Shown here: in pieces, positions 51,328 through 62,899 of the stretch
Numbering within the stretch: the stretch's first letter is position 1
Layout of the letters: the number at the start of each line of letters is the position of its first letter
Origin: Podarcis gaigeae
Taxonomy: Eukaryota
Direction: 5' to 3' (one strand)
DNA length: 64,000 nt
NCBI GenBank assembly: GCA_964106915.2
Contig: OZ066923.1
Translations under genes and position numbers: made by a program
The notes under the pieces: model-generated
What the model saw: only the letters and a program-made list of their open reading frames with translations
Databases searched by the model: none
What the model was told of the DNA's origin: nothing

Positions 51328-52375
51328 ACTTTATTTATCTGCAATACCTGATTTTATGAGAAAAGAGATGAAATTATAGTTACTTACCAGGACTGCCTTG
51401 CCATGGTGGCCTTTTAATTATGGAGACACAAATACCAAAGAGGCTGTGAGGAAGAAACTGTTAAACAGTGCCCCTGCCCAGCCCAAGCAAGCCATTCACA
51501 GTAGCACAGCAGAGGGGTTTGTGCTGTCCCATGATAATATCAGAAAGCAGCCACTAGATGCCATAACACTGTTTCACTACTTTGCCCACACTGGAGGCTG
51601 AGCTTGTCACTAAGCAACAGAGAAAGGGAATTCAGATATAATTAGAAGATCAAGCTTTCAAAGCAACAAATTTCTCCACCAGACAACTTCCCTTATGCTC
51701 ACAAGGACATAACTTACCATTTTTAATACAGTGAGACACAATGACACTTTGAACTGAGCCAACTGTGAGTCATGGTTTTGTCCTCTGCAGATGAATCATA
51801 GAAAACACTCCTTCTTCACCTGCAATTCCGCCTTTCTTTGGTTTGTATTATCCCAGATCACCTTTGCATCCAAACTGGCAAACTCTGGTTTGAACTTGCA
51901 CAGCAGACCAGGACTGCAAACCAGATTGGATACTGGTTTGAATTGCAAGCACAAGTAAAAGTTTACCAGTTTGTATGTAAGGGCACACTAGGAATACAAA
52001 AACCAGGGATGGATAGAGGGGATTACAACATACAAATGAAGTGAACATTTTATACTGATTTACAGAGTTTCACAAATGATCTTCCTACAGCTGACTCTAC
52101 TTGCAAAGCTACTGAGCTTTGGCACAGAGAAAACATCATCTTTCCACAAAAGACAAGATCTAGATGCTTGTTCTATTCTTCCAACACAATCTATGCCTCT
52201 TTACTTGGAAGCAAGTCTTGCTAAATTCTAATGGGGCTTACTTCTATGCACCCTTGTATTCCATATGAGAAAAGAAAATTCTCATATGGAGAAGACTTTG
52301 AACTTTGGAGAAAAGGAAGAAAATGTATGGACTAAGATAGAAAAAATACACCACATCCTCCAATATATTAAAATA

Positions 52376-52381
52376 TTTATT
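52376..52381 (-). terminator. candidate distal polyadenylation signal of APAF1
   Basis: AATAAA on the - strand followed by GU/U-rich ggatgtggtgtattttttc; implies a 3' UTR of about 2.3 kb. Confidence 0.5.
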
Positions 52382-54713
52382 ACTTTCAAATGCACAAACT
52401 TGTTTAATTAAAACCCAGCAACTTTGCTAATGCAAAGTTTTAGAAACATTAAAAAAATCAGCAGTCAGCAAATTCAGCAATTTCCCTTGATGCACAGATA
52501 TATTCCAATTAACACCAACACAGTACAGTATAGCTAAAAGCAAAAGTTGAGCTGCTATTAGTACTCAGATTATCTCTTGTAATGCCAGATAAACCGGAAA
52601 CAATTCCTTTCTCCTAATGTAATAGACCAATGAGCCTCATTTTAATTATCTAGCTTTATCTTAAGTTCCAATAGATAATGCCAGCGGAAAGTTTAGACAA
52701 TCTCATTTGATGAACGTTACCTTAAAATATTGTCCACAAGCTACTAAAATCTAAATTAAACCTTTTAAAAAACCGAACTAAATCCTTGTTTCTTCAACAT
52801 CCTTCATTGAATCTTAATGAGCCCCCATAACACAAATAATTCTCCACTCCAGCTCCTGCACAGCCATTCAGTGGAACGCTGTGTCAAAGAGTAAGGGTTT
52901 CCTTTACATCACTTTGAATTGTGTTCTTTTCTTAATGGGAAGGCTTCCTAGCAAGGGATGCACAGGTGAGAATAGGGTCACAATTCACTGAAGCTAGGCC
53001 AAAGGATCACATTTCCAGATACAGCATGAGGGTACTGCTAATTAAAACACAACATTTTTTTTTAAAAAAACAGTTTGGCAACTGCAGAAATATAATGATT
53101 AAATTTAACCTGAAACACAAACACAAGAAGTACTGAAATGGGGATGGCAAAAACTTTGAAACAAGTGTAACTAATTGGTTGCTAAAATTATTAGAGATTG
53201 CTTATGCACTGGAAATAATTTCTATTCCTAACCTGCTCATAAACTCTTTAGACGTTAATGGTGAAAATCCTAGATTTGTGGTGTGTACTCACAGTTGGTG
53301 ACACCAACATGGGAAAGAGCCACATTGCAGACTCCTCCCTTTTGGTCTGGAGTCCTGACATCACTGCACTGGCTCCCATTCCATTAAGATGATAATGGGA
53401 GGAGTCCCAAGTATGACTAGAATTTGACCCGAAGGGGGACAATATATTTTGGTTAAAGATTATATTCAACATGAATTATTTTATGTTGTCCTTTTCAATT
53501 AAATATCTGCTGACACAAGAGTGAAGAAATGCAGTTGAGAAAAATCTGAGATATGCTATCTTAAAATAAAAAATAAAGCTACATTGTGATTTTGCAATCA
53601 GAAAACTTCATTTGAAATAATACTATCTACTTTAGTAGATCTGATACAGACATTTTGGTTTTATCCAAAAACAAACAGATAAGCCAGCTTCCAATAACTT
53701 CAGGGAAAATTTACCTTCAGAAAATTGCACCTGCTTTATTCTTAGGGCATATGGAGACAGAGTTCTGCGCCTTTACCACACTGGCCCAGTTTGCACAAGC
53801 TCAAATGTGAAAGTATGTGATACTCACAGAGCAAATTACAGCTGCTTTGTTGCAGCACTACGCAGAACTAAGCCAATGTTTGACTTAGTGTTATGTCTGA
53901 GCCAGTGTTCATGGGTTGTCTCATCCAGACAACTATACTCACGTTTTGATGTAATGCCAAGTCAAACCATGGTTTGGCTTACCTGTGTGGACCATGGCAG
54001 CAGCAGTCACAATTTTTCCTGCGAATACTCAAACACTTTTAAATTCAATTGGCCATGGTTTGGCCTAGATTTATGTGCAAACCAAGGTGATGTTTGAGAA
54101 GCATGAATCTGCTACTCCTAAAAACATAACAGTACCATTTGGAGTGTAATTTTCTACTACTGGAGTTTTTAGTCACATTGTGTATCATGGTTCTTAAAAT
54201 TCTTTTTAAATATTAAAGTGGTTTTTTTAAGAACATCCACACCCCTACTTTTGTCTCAAGACAAAATTGCATTAGTAAAACAGAGGTTTATGGTATTTTA
54301 TGAAAATGTAATTATGGCTTAGAAACATTTGCCACTAGATCAGTGGAAATATTTCAGTTATCATAGGGCTGGTAATTCACCTTCCAATTATCATTAGTAT
54401 ACTACTTAGTATACATATTGGGTCAGGGCAACTTTAGTCATCAATAATTAGTCCCACTGATTTCAGGGGGACTAAAGTTTGGCTAAAGTTTAATCTGGAT
54501 GTAACTAACCATGGGAAAAGCCACATATAAAATGCATATCAAACTGCTGATCGAAACAAAACATATAAAATGTATGCTGACTTAGGAACGTTTACAAATT
54601 TACCATACAGGTAATTTATGCCAGAGTAAAAATGACTTCACAGTTTAAAGAAAGTTTTTTGGGAATATGCTTCCGGCTCAAAACACTGCAGTTACAATCA
54701 GTTTTAAACAGAT

Positions 54714-54860
54714 TTATTTCATAATCTGTAGCACGTAAAGAATGCCAAGATTATCAACAGTCACACATACTTTGAAATCTGGAGAAACGTGTAATGATTT
54801 AAGGTTTGTTCCATTTGTATAGAATGTTTGTAGGAGTTGCCCAGTAGCTATATTCCACCA
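54714..54860 (-). CDS. APAF1: APAF1 terminal coding exon (WWNIATGQLLQTFYTNGTNLKSLHVSPDFKVCVTVDNLGILYVLQIMK*)
   Basis: ttttctcttcctcctag acceptor, TAA at 54716-54714; matches human QTFYTNGTNLK...TVDNLGILY. Confidence 0.96.
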   Translation of the reverse strand, partial: WWNIATGQLLQTFYTNGTNLKSLHVSPDFKVCVTVDNLGILYVLQIMK

Positions 54861-55201
54861 CTAGGAGGAAGAGAAAATAAGTTTTCAATTAGGAAGCAAT
54901 AAATCTGAATGTAGCATGTTACAGATATGATACCAATAACTTGGGAGTCACACTATAGATCTACACATTAAGTGCACACTATTAATTTATCAGATGTCAG
55001 TTTCAGAAAACAATGGTTGAGGACAACTGACTGATACAACATTTTAACATCTTTAAACCTTTGGGATATATTTTCTATTTGCAACAAAACACTAATGAAA
55101 TCCTGACAATTTACTAAGTATTTAGAGTTATTTAACATTTTCACATTTGTTAATAAATTGCAAAATAATTCTCCTTTTGTACCCATTCTTGTTGAACTTA
55201 C

Positions 55202-55348
55202 CTGAATACATCCCCCAGAAGAAACAAGTATCTGAGTATCAGGGGAAAAGTGAAGGTCTGTTACCCAGCCTCCATAGGCTGATTCTCCCTCACTTTTTGA
55301 AGCATGGGAATAGAGGTGAAGCAGTTCTCCTCTCAATACATTCCAAAC
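55202..55348 (-). CDS. APAF1: APAF1 penultimate exon (VWNVLRGELLHL...GGWVTDLHFSPDTQILVSSGGCIQ)
   Basis: tctcag acceptor, CAG|gtaagt donor, 147 nt; GGWVTDL.FSPD. Confidence 0.95.
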
Positions 55349-57046
55349 CTGAGACACAAGCAGTACAAAAACAGGATAAGGTTGCAGCGTAACTGTAGTT
55401 ATGTTCATAGTCCCTTAAAATCATAAAGTAGTATAATTATTTAGTCCAGTACCCTGCAATGCAGGAATCTCAACTAGATAAAATGACCTTGGCACAGAAA
55501 ATTTCTACAAACCACAAGGAAACCTATCCCAACCAGAGGTCAAGACAGGAAACATTTTTAACTCCATGGGGTCAACTTTGACAGGTGGATGACTTTATCC
55601 ACCTGTCAATCATATAACATCACATGTCAAAATCACTTGTGCCCCCTTTTTAAATCCGCCAGTCTCAGAAGCTTAAAAGGGGAGTGTGGGAAAACCCACA
55701 AAGTCCCTAATCTTGGAGCCTTAAAAGGGGGAGATGGAACTCACAAATTCTTTTGCAGGTCTCCCAGTGCTTCCCTTTTAAGCCTCTGAAATTGGAGGAG
55801 GAGGCGAGAGGCTTACAAATAGCTTTAAGGAAGCCCCCATGCTCCTGTTTGATCCTCAGGTGCTGTCTCCATGAGCTGCTTCAAAGGGTGCTTTGGCACA
55901 GAGCTTTCATCCCAATTTAGCTGATGGTTTTATAATAGGAAAACTAATAATAAAAAAATCCTGCTGCCTTTGCTGTGCAATCTTGCTTTTGGCTGGGAAA
56001 AGAATTGCATAGCTAATGCAGGATTAAACTGTATCTGCTTATGAGCACAGTTTGAAGGAAATGGCCTCAAGGGTCAAACGGGATCCCATGGCATGCCAAG
56101 ACCGGCCACAGGCCAGAGATTCCCCACCCCTGCCACAGGTGTTTCTGACATATCTGTCAAACCTGTTCTCTGAAACATCCTCAACTTAACAAACATTTCT
56201 GAGCCATGCTATATGTACTTTTCTGCCATTTAAACTCATTACCTCATGTGCTAGCCTTCATAAAATTACAGATTTAAAAAACTGTTTAAGAATTAAGTCT
56301 CTCACTATTCACTTGTGCATGAAAAGTATGAAAATTGTAAATAAAGGCTACCACCTTTTCTTCCACACCATCTAAGCAGTAATGACTAATTTTAGAGTGT
56401 CACATATTGTGCTTACAACCAAGGCTCGATGCATACATTTCTTTGCGCTGTCAGCCCTAATCCTCTACAAGTTTGGGGCAACACTGAAGCCACCAGTGGC
56501 ACAATGAGCATTCAAAGGGACCACTCTATACCGCATTCTCTATGTGCTCTCATTAGGTTAGGAGAGATAAATCACATGTTAGAAATGAATGGCTGCATAG
56601 GACAGAAGGGAAAGATTAATCAATGCAGAATGACATAAAAATGTATGCAGTTATCAAGATGCAACACATATTAACAACAAAACAGGAGGAGGAAAGTAAG
56701 TCCCACATTTATATGTAAATATGTTTATGATCTATAATGAAGAATTGCCTTCCTTTCCCCAATACCCTTTAATCATTAATCCTACTTTCCTTTTGATTTA
56801 ATGCAGCCTTTCAATTTCTAATCATCTTTTTGTTATCAGAACTGCACCTGACATCCTTCTCCACCTCTGTTAATATTCTTGATGCATAAAACCTGTACAT
56901 GGTCATCCAAACCAGGTCTTACAGTACCAAAGAGCCACCACCTAATTTGTGAGAAACTCGTGTGTCCACTTAACTAGCCGATACCTGCTGCAATAACTTC
57001 TTATGCTAAATTTTTAAATAAATCATTTAAAAACAAAATGGAGTAC

Positions 57047-57172
57047 CCGTATTTCCCCATTGTCATCTCCTGTAGCTAACAATTCATTGTCAAGGGAGAA
57101 GGCACAGCACCTCACACAGCCGTCGTGACCATTCAGCTTATGAAGAACCGATGAACTTTCAAAACTCCATAC
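57047..57172 (-). CDS. APAF1: APAF1 WD40 exon (VWSFESSSVLHKLNGHDGCVRCCAFSLDNELLATGDDNGEIR)
   Basis: ctttag acceptor, CGG|gtactc donor, 126 nt; LLATGDDNGEIR. Confidence 0.95.
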
Positions 57173-57489
57173 CTAAAGATTTAAAACATGAAACACGTTG
57201 TTAAATTATATTCCAGTATTTTTAGGTTCATTTTGAGCTTTCTACCTGTAAAAGATATTTGGACTTTGATGACTCAGATATGAAAATTGGTTAAGGTACT
57301 CCCACAATAGAAAGCAAGCTTTTCTACACAGATGGTTTAGGACAGAGCAAAGCACAGAAGGCATATAAAGGGACAACCAAAATGAGAAGTTAGGTGGTGT
57401 ACACTGCAAATGAAAGCTGACGTGTTTTAGGTTTTTGTTTCGTTTTAGATTAAACAAGACAGCTAAGGGAGAACACAGGGGTTTCTAAG

Positions 57490-57912
57490 TATGCCTAGTG
57501 CTGAGAAAGTGGACAAAACTTTTTCTCCCCCCTCATCAACCAGTAAAATTATTGGAAGCAGATTCAGGACAGACAAAGGAAAGTACTTCTTCATGCATCA
57601 CATAATTAATGGAACTCAATGCAAGAAGATGTGGAGATGGCCATGAGCTTGTTTAAAAACATGAGATGGTTTTAAAAGAAGACGAACGCATAGAAGTCAG
57701 ATCTACAAAGCCTATGATTGCCATGGAGGCTACACAGAAATTCCGAGGCAGTATGCTATTGAATCTCAACTACTGGGGAGCAACAGCAGGAGACGACTAT
57801 TGCCTTCAGCCCTGCCTCTGGGCTAGGAGGCATATGGTTTGCCACTGTGTGAAGCAGCTTACAAGACTAGAAGGACCTTTTCTCTGCTCCAGTGACGCTC
57901 TTCATATGTTAT
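57490..57912 (+). mobile_element. old CR1 LINE 3' end
   Basis: agattcaggacagacaaaggaaagtacttcttca ORF2-end motif and 3' UTR. Confidence 0.7.
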
Positions 57913-59002
57913 TACTGATCTTTTGATTGAGGATCTCCTAGGTAAACTTTCCTATACTGCCCTGCACAAGAGGAGCTGCATCTAAATCCTTAATTTAGAT
58001 TATTTATTTCTGAAATGGGAGAAATAGAATTGTAGTAAGCCCCTGTAATATACCATACCTGGCTAGCTGTATTCAACTGAAGTTAAAAGAAGAGAAAGCT
58101 GACGTGTATTTGCAATTGTTTGTACTTCATATTTCCCTTGCCATTGTTAGAAACTACTTGTTTCAGAATAATGATGAGAATTTAAATTACAAAAGCCCAA
58201 TACTGCTTTGGCCAAGCTCCTAAAAAGACAGTTGCAAGGAGACATTTTGGCCTTACGCTTGGAGGACAGGTTTTATCAGTCCAAGATTTACTCCTACTTG
58301 ATGTTTCTCCCATTTACCTGGTAATCTGAAACACGTGAATAATTAAGTGGCAAAGGTAACCAAAAAAAGAGAAGTAGCAAGACTAAAAGTGGAAAATCTT
58401 CTCTGAGCCACTTAAAATAGAATGGAAAAGGGTTAGGGTATAAATAACTATGGAATCAAAGGATCAGTGACAGGAAGTGATTTGAATCAGTTCCCTCAGA
58501 TCTGACGTCACCAAATACAGGTTTGACAGTGCACACAAGATACAGGGGCTCATTCCCTCTAAAGGCATTTGCGTGCATGTCATTCCTACCCCCGTGAACG
58601 TGTGCATTCCGTCAAATCCATTTCCAAAGAGGCTGGATGAGGATGCAAGGTGTGTATGCAGGCCTCAAATTCCTTGTAACAACCTGGCACAGTGTTCAAC
58701 AATATGTCATTTCACAGGGGGAAAGAAGAGGAGGGAAAGAGTTCTGTCATGCCCTTAGGTGCTGCATCTGGAGTGGATAGGATTATGTCCATTGGATCTC
58801 ATTGTATTTAGAAGAGGGGCCAGGACTAAGCTCATAGGTCATGATTAAGTTAAGAGTTGGCAACTTTTAAGATCTTTCTGATTATCAGCAAAATACGATC
58901 AAGCATTTATGTAACTCTTATACTGAATTAGGATAAAAAAGTGCTAAACTCAGAGTAGATGGTGCTTTATGTTTTAGCATTCATTTGTAAACCTGTACTG
59001 AC

Positions 59003-59128
59003 CTTGGCAGTCTTGTCAGCAGAGGTAGTGGAAAACATAGTGGTATTGGGTGAAATTACACAAGAAAGAATGGTGTCTTCATGGCAAATGATATCTCTCT
59101 CAAGTTCTCCTGTAATTGTGTTCCAGAG
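59003..59128 (-). CDS. APAF1: APAF1 WD40 exon (LWNTITGELERDIICHEDTILSCVISPNTTMFSTTSADKTAK)
   Basis: ttacag acceptor, AAG|gtcagt donor, 126 nt; TSADKTAK. Confidence 0.95.
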
Positions 59129-59398
59129 CTGTAATATTAAAATGTGCTAGTGAACAATAGTGCAGGTAGAAGGGCTTAAAAACAGTACGCAGGTGTTTGG
59201 TGTTTTTGTCTTTCAAAATACTTTTAAAAAGTACATACTTTAACCACTGAGTATTTTGCAGTCAAAACAAGACTCGTAAATAGCGTTATCTAACTTTGAA
59301 AACACAACAGATAGGATGTTCACATGATGTGCACTTCTTTCCTTTAGGGTTTAGCTACAGGCACCAATCTAAGTTGTCAATGCTTAGGTTTTATTTAC

Positions 59399-59518
59399 CT
59401 TAACTGTCCCATCAAATGACCATGAAAGAAGCCCTGAGTGTTTTAGAAGGCGAAAATTCTTGACAGGTTCCTTGTGACCTTTCAGGAGAATAAATTCCCC
59501 TGTTTGCCAATTCCACAC
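59399..59518 (-). CDS. APAF1: APAF1 WD40 exon (VWNWQTGEFILLKGHKEPVKNFRLLKHSGLLSWSFDGTVK)
   Basis: ttttattag acceptor, AAG|gtaaat donor, 120 nt; LLSWSFDGTVK matches APAF1. Confidence 0.95.
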
Positions 59519-59671
59519 CTAATAAAACAGAAATTAGAATAGATAATGGGAAATTGGATTCAACTCTGGCTTGCTTTTATGGTGAAAACAAGACTTATTT
59601 CTTTAATAAAACAAAAAACCCTCAACTTTTCTTTACAAGACAATACTGCTCCTCCCACAAGGTCTTTAAAC

Positions 59672-59807
59672 CAGTGTTTCCCAACCTTGTGCCTCCAGAT
59701 GTTTTTGGCCTACAACTCCCATCATCCCTAGCTAGCAAGACCAGTGGTCAGGGATGATGGGAGTTGTAGGCCAAAAACATCTGGAGGCACAAGGTTGGGA
59801 AACACTG
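59672..59807. mobile_element. 136-bp palindromic hAT MITE in an APAF1 intron, identical to 9984-10119
   Basis: same sequence, 8-bp TSD CTTTAAAC. Confidence 0.95.
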
Positions 59808-59986
59808 CTTTAAACCCCCCTCCAAAAGAATTCTTTGATCTCTAAGAAGCATTTTCATCTTACCCTCACAAAGCACCCCAAAAACAAATAAATATCAAAC
59901 TTTAAACAAAACATAAACTTTGCTGGACTGCAGCTAGCTTCTTCAGAAATATATATTCTCAAGCAATAGTTTAAAATGTTCCGCAC

Positions 59987-60112
59987 CTGTATAGTTGAGT
60001 CATCAGAGCTTGAAATGAGTGTTTTCCCATCAGAAGTAAACTGGCAGTGTTGTACAGCTTCCTTGTGTCCAGTTCTTGATTTTAAAATATTCCCACTTGA
60101 CAGATTTAATAC
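59987..60112 (-). CDS. APAF1: APAF1 WD40 exon (VLNLSSGNILKSRTGHKEAVQHCQFTSDGKTLISSSDDSTIQ)
   Basis: tttttaaaag acceptor, CAG|gtgcgg donor, 126 nt; KTLISSSDD matches APAF1. Confidence 0.94.
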
Positions 60113-60999
60113 CTTTTAAAAATGGGATCAGACAACAGACTGTTGTGAGTTCACATTGCTTACAGATTGAAAGGAAATATATACCCACAAGTATATTTTT
60201 AAAAAGCAGTAGTATAATGAAAGAGATTGTTTTATTAAAAAAGCTACTTCTTTAAAGCAATGTTTCTTCCTTCATTATTTTAACCTAAAACAACTAAAAG
60301 GAGAAATTATAAATGAAACATGCAACAAAAGCTTCCTGCATGATCTATGGCCAGAGGTATGCATAGCAATCCATATGGACAGCAGATATTCTTCTGTCTA
60401 CTTCATTAGCATAGCTATTAAAAGGTATCTTTTTAAAAATGCATTCTTACTGAAAAAAATACACATTTATAGCAAGTATTGTATTTATAAAGTGCTTGAT
60501 TATTTATTAGAGAGCACAACCAACAGGCACTTTATAATAGGTAGGTATACATAAAAAACACATGATGCAACAAGGAAATTAATGCATTCACCATCGAAGT
60601 GTGATGCTTCATAACTGGATTTGAGAATACCAGAAAACATACCGAGAGAACCTTAAAAACAAAGTACAATTCAGTTCTAAGTACAATATTCTTTGTATAT
60701 TTGACTCACAACATGTAAAGGAATCTGAGGAAACTAGTTTCAAGGAAGCGGGAAGTCTATTAGGGGACCTCAATGATCCACTGTAGCCTTTTATAAGTAC
60801 AGATATTGCAAACCATTAGGTCCTGGGACAGAGAAATTCAATTAGGGAATTCCGTCCTTTTCCTTGGGTAAATTTTCAGGAAGAGGACCTGTTTAATTAT
60901 AATGAAACAGAAAATTATTTTGCTTTTATATTTATTATATTACAAAACTAATATATTTTTAGGCAACAACATAGTAAAGCATGAACTGAACATGAAAAA

Positions 61000-61142
61000 G
61001 GATAGCTCAGCTGGTACAGCATGAGACTCTTAATCTCAGGGTCATTGATTTGAGCCGCACAATGGGCAAAAGATTCCTGCACTGCAGGGTGTTGGACTAG
61101 ATGATCCTCATGGTCCCTTCCTACTCTACAATTCTATGATTC
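61000..61142 (+). mobile_element. tRNA(Lys)-like SINE with CR1-type 3' tail
   Basis: ggatagctcagctggta...gagactcttaatctcagggtc head; ggactagatgatc...attctatgatt tail. Confidence 0.8.
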
Positions 61143-61403
61143 GAAGGAGATGATCATCAGCTTGACTTGGTGAATGAAGCTCCAATCCCAATGTCATAAT
61201 CTAAAGTGGCAGGCAATTTGAGGAGAACTGAATATTAGGTGCTTGATGGACCTAAATTATCCCAGAATAGAGTATTTTCCAACTGATTGCCTGCTAGTGT
61301 TTTTGCTTGTGAGATTCTGAGTGCCAGTTTATCATTTTTTGTATAACACCTGAAATGATCACAATCAGAGAAGCCAATGCCTAACTAATCTCAACTACTT
61401 TAC

Positions 61404-61529
61404 CTTTACTGTTCCATTCTTCTCCCCAAATGCTGCAGTCTGAAGGTCTTCATATAGGCAACAGCAGCTAATGAAAGGCTCCTGTTCTTCAGTCTGATAA
61501 ACAGTATGGCCTGTGAAGCCATTAATTAG
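61404..61529 (-). CDS. APAF1: APAF1 WD40 exon (LINGFTGHTVYQTEEQEPFISCCCLYEDLQTAAFGEKNGTVK)
   Basis: ttgcag acceptor, AAG|gtaaag donor, 126 nt; SCCCL motif as in human APAF1. Confidence 0.93.
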
Positions 61530-62540
61530 CTGCAATGCAATGGCACAATTGGAAATTATTTTTGTACAACACACACAGCTTTCACATAAAAAAAGCATCT
61601 GACCCTCTCCTCGACTTCAGTAGTGATTTTTAAGATTACTGGCATATTTATTACAGTTTTATCTGCCCTCCAAACCAAGAAATTCCAAAATACATGGTTC
61701 TCTGGTCAGAAGTAGCAGAAGAATTTGCACTAAATAAGAAAGATAGGTAGTAAATGTGTATGACTGGCACAACTTTGTTGTTGCTTTGCTAAGAGTGTGC
61801 CTGCTTATCATAATCTTGTAGGTCTGAGTCTTCTGACGACTATAGAAACAGTAAGAGCTTTGTATTAAGGGCAAACCACCCACAATTTCACTTTAGAAGG
61901 AGTTCTTCCGTATCTAAAAAAAGCTTGCAATTAATTTTCACAAATGCTTTAACTATTCAGCGGTAGGCAGACATGAACACCGCCATTGCACAGCTGCAAC
62001 CTTTTTCCCCCTGCTTCATAAATATCCATAGCAACGCTAACAGCAAACACTAACTGAAGAACAAAAAAGAACATCACCACTTTGATCCTTATTTATGTCT
62101 GTTACAAAAAATGGTGGCCAAATTGGATAATTTTGCTCTTCAAAACAGTTGCCTAATGGTATTTCTTTTCTTCAAACAGGCAAAAAAACCCCACAAAAAA
62201 CAGTTTATGACATTTCAGTCTCATAGCCCTTTGACAGGTTAGAGAAAGGTTTCTAGAAGACTCTAGTAGAGTCTCCTCATGGAAGAAGGAAAAAACAAAA
62301 AAGGGGGGAACCACATCCAAAAACAGTTTTTCTTTACCACTTTCTACTAAGATAGTTGACTGGGAGATTGCAAGAAGGGACAGAGAACTCAAGAATGTGC
62401 CCTTTCTTCTTTTCTCCAAGCCTAATTCCTATGCTGAGGTGGGAGTATAGCCCATATATTCTGAACATCACAGGAGACACTCTAGTGAATAGGGTGGTCC
62501 ACAGGAGCTCTCAAAGTTCCATGGGGCAATAAGTGGAATA

Positions 62541-62899
62541 AAAAAGGTAAAGGTACCCCTGCCCGTACGGGCCAGTCTTGCCAGACTCTAGGGTTGTGCG
62601 CTCTTCTCACTCTATAGGCCGGGAGCCAGCGCTGTCCGCAGACATTTCCGGGTCACGTGGCCAGCGTGACAAGCTGCATCTGGCGAGCCAGCGCAGCACA
62701 TGGAACGCCGTTTACCTTCCCGCTGATAAGCGGTCCCTATTTATCTACTTGCACCCGGAGGTGCTTTCGAACTGCTAGGTTGGCAGGTGCTGGGACCGAA
62801 CGACGGGAGCGCACCCCGCCGCGGGCATTCGAACCACCGACCATGCGATCGGCAAGTTCTAGGCGGTGAGGCTTTAACCCACAGCGCCACCCACGTCCC
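62541..62899 (-). mobile_element. full-length Sauria SINE
   Basis: 5' gggacgtgggtggcgctgtgggttaaa (A box), ggttcgaatgccc (B box), (ACCTTT)n tail, 13-bp TSD aataagtggaata; CpGs retained. Confidence 0.93.

Noticed and set aside
51791-51958. + strand acceptor followed by ORF MNHRKHSFF...
   Set aside because: No similarity to ANKS1B; it runs through a small palindromic repeat remnant (caaactggcaaact...agtttaccagtttg, 51871-51973)
61000-61070. tRNA-Lys-like sequence
   Set aside because: Degenerate T-arm and acceptor stem, fused to a CR1-type tail; it is a SINE head rather than a tRNA gene
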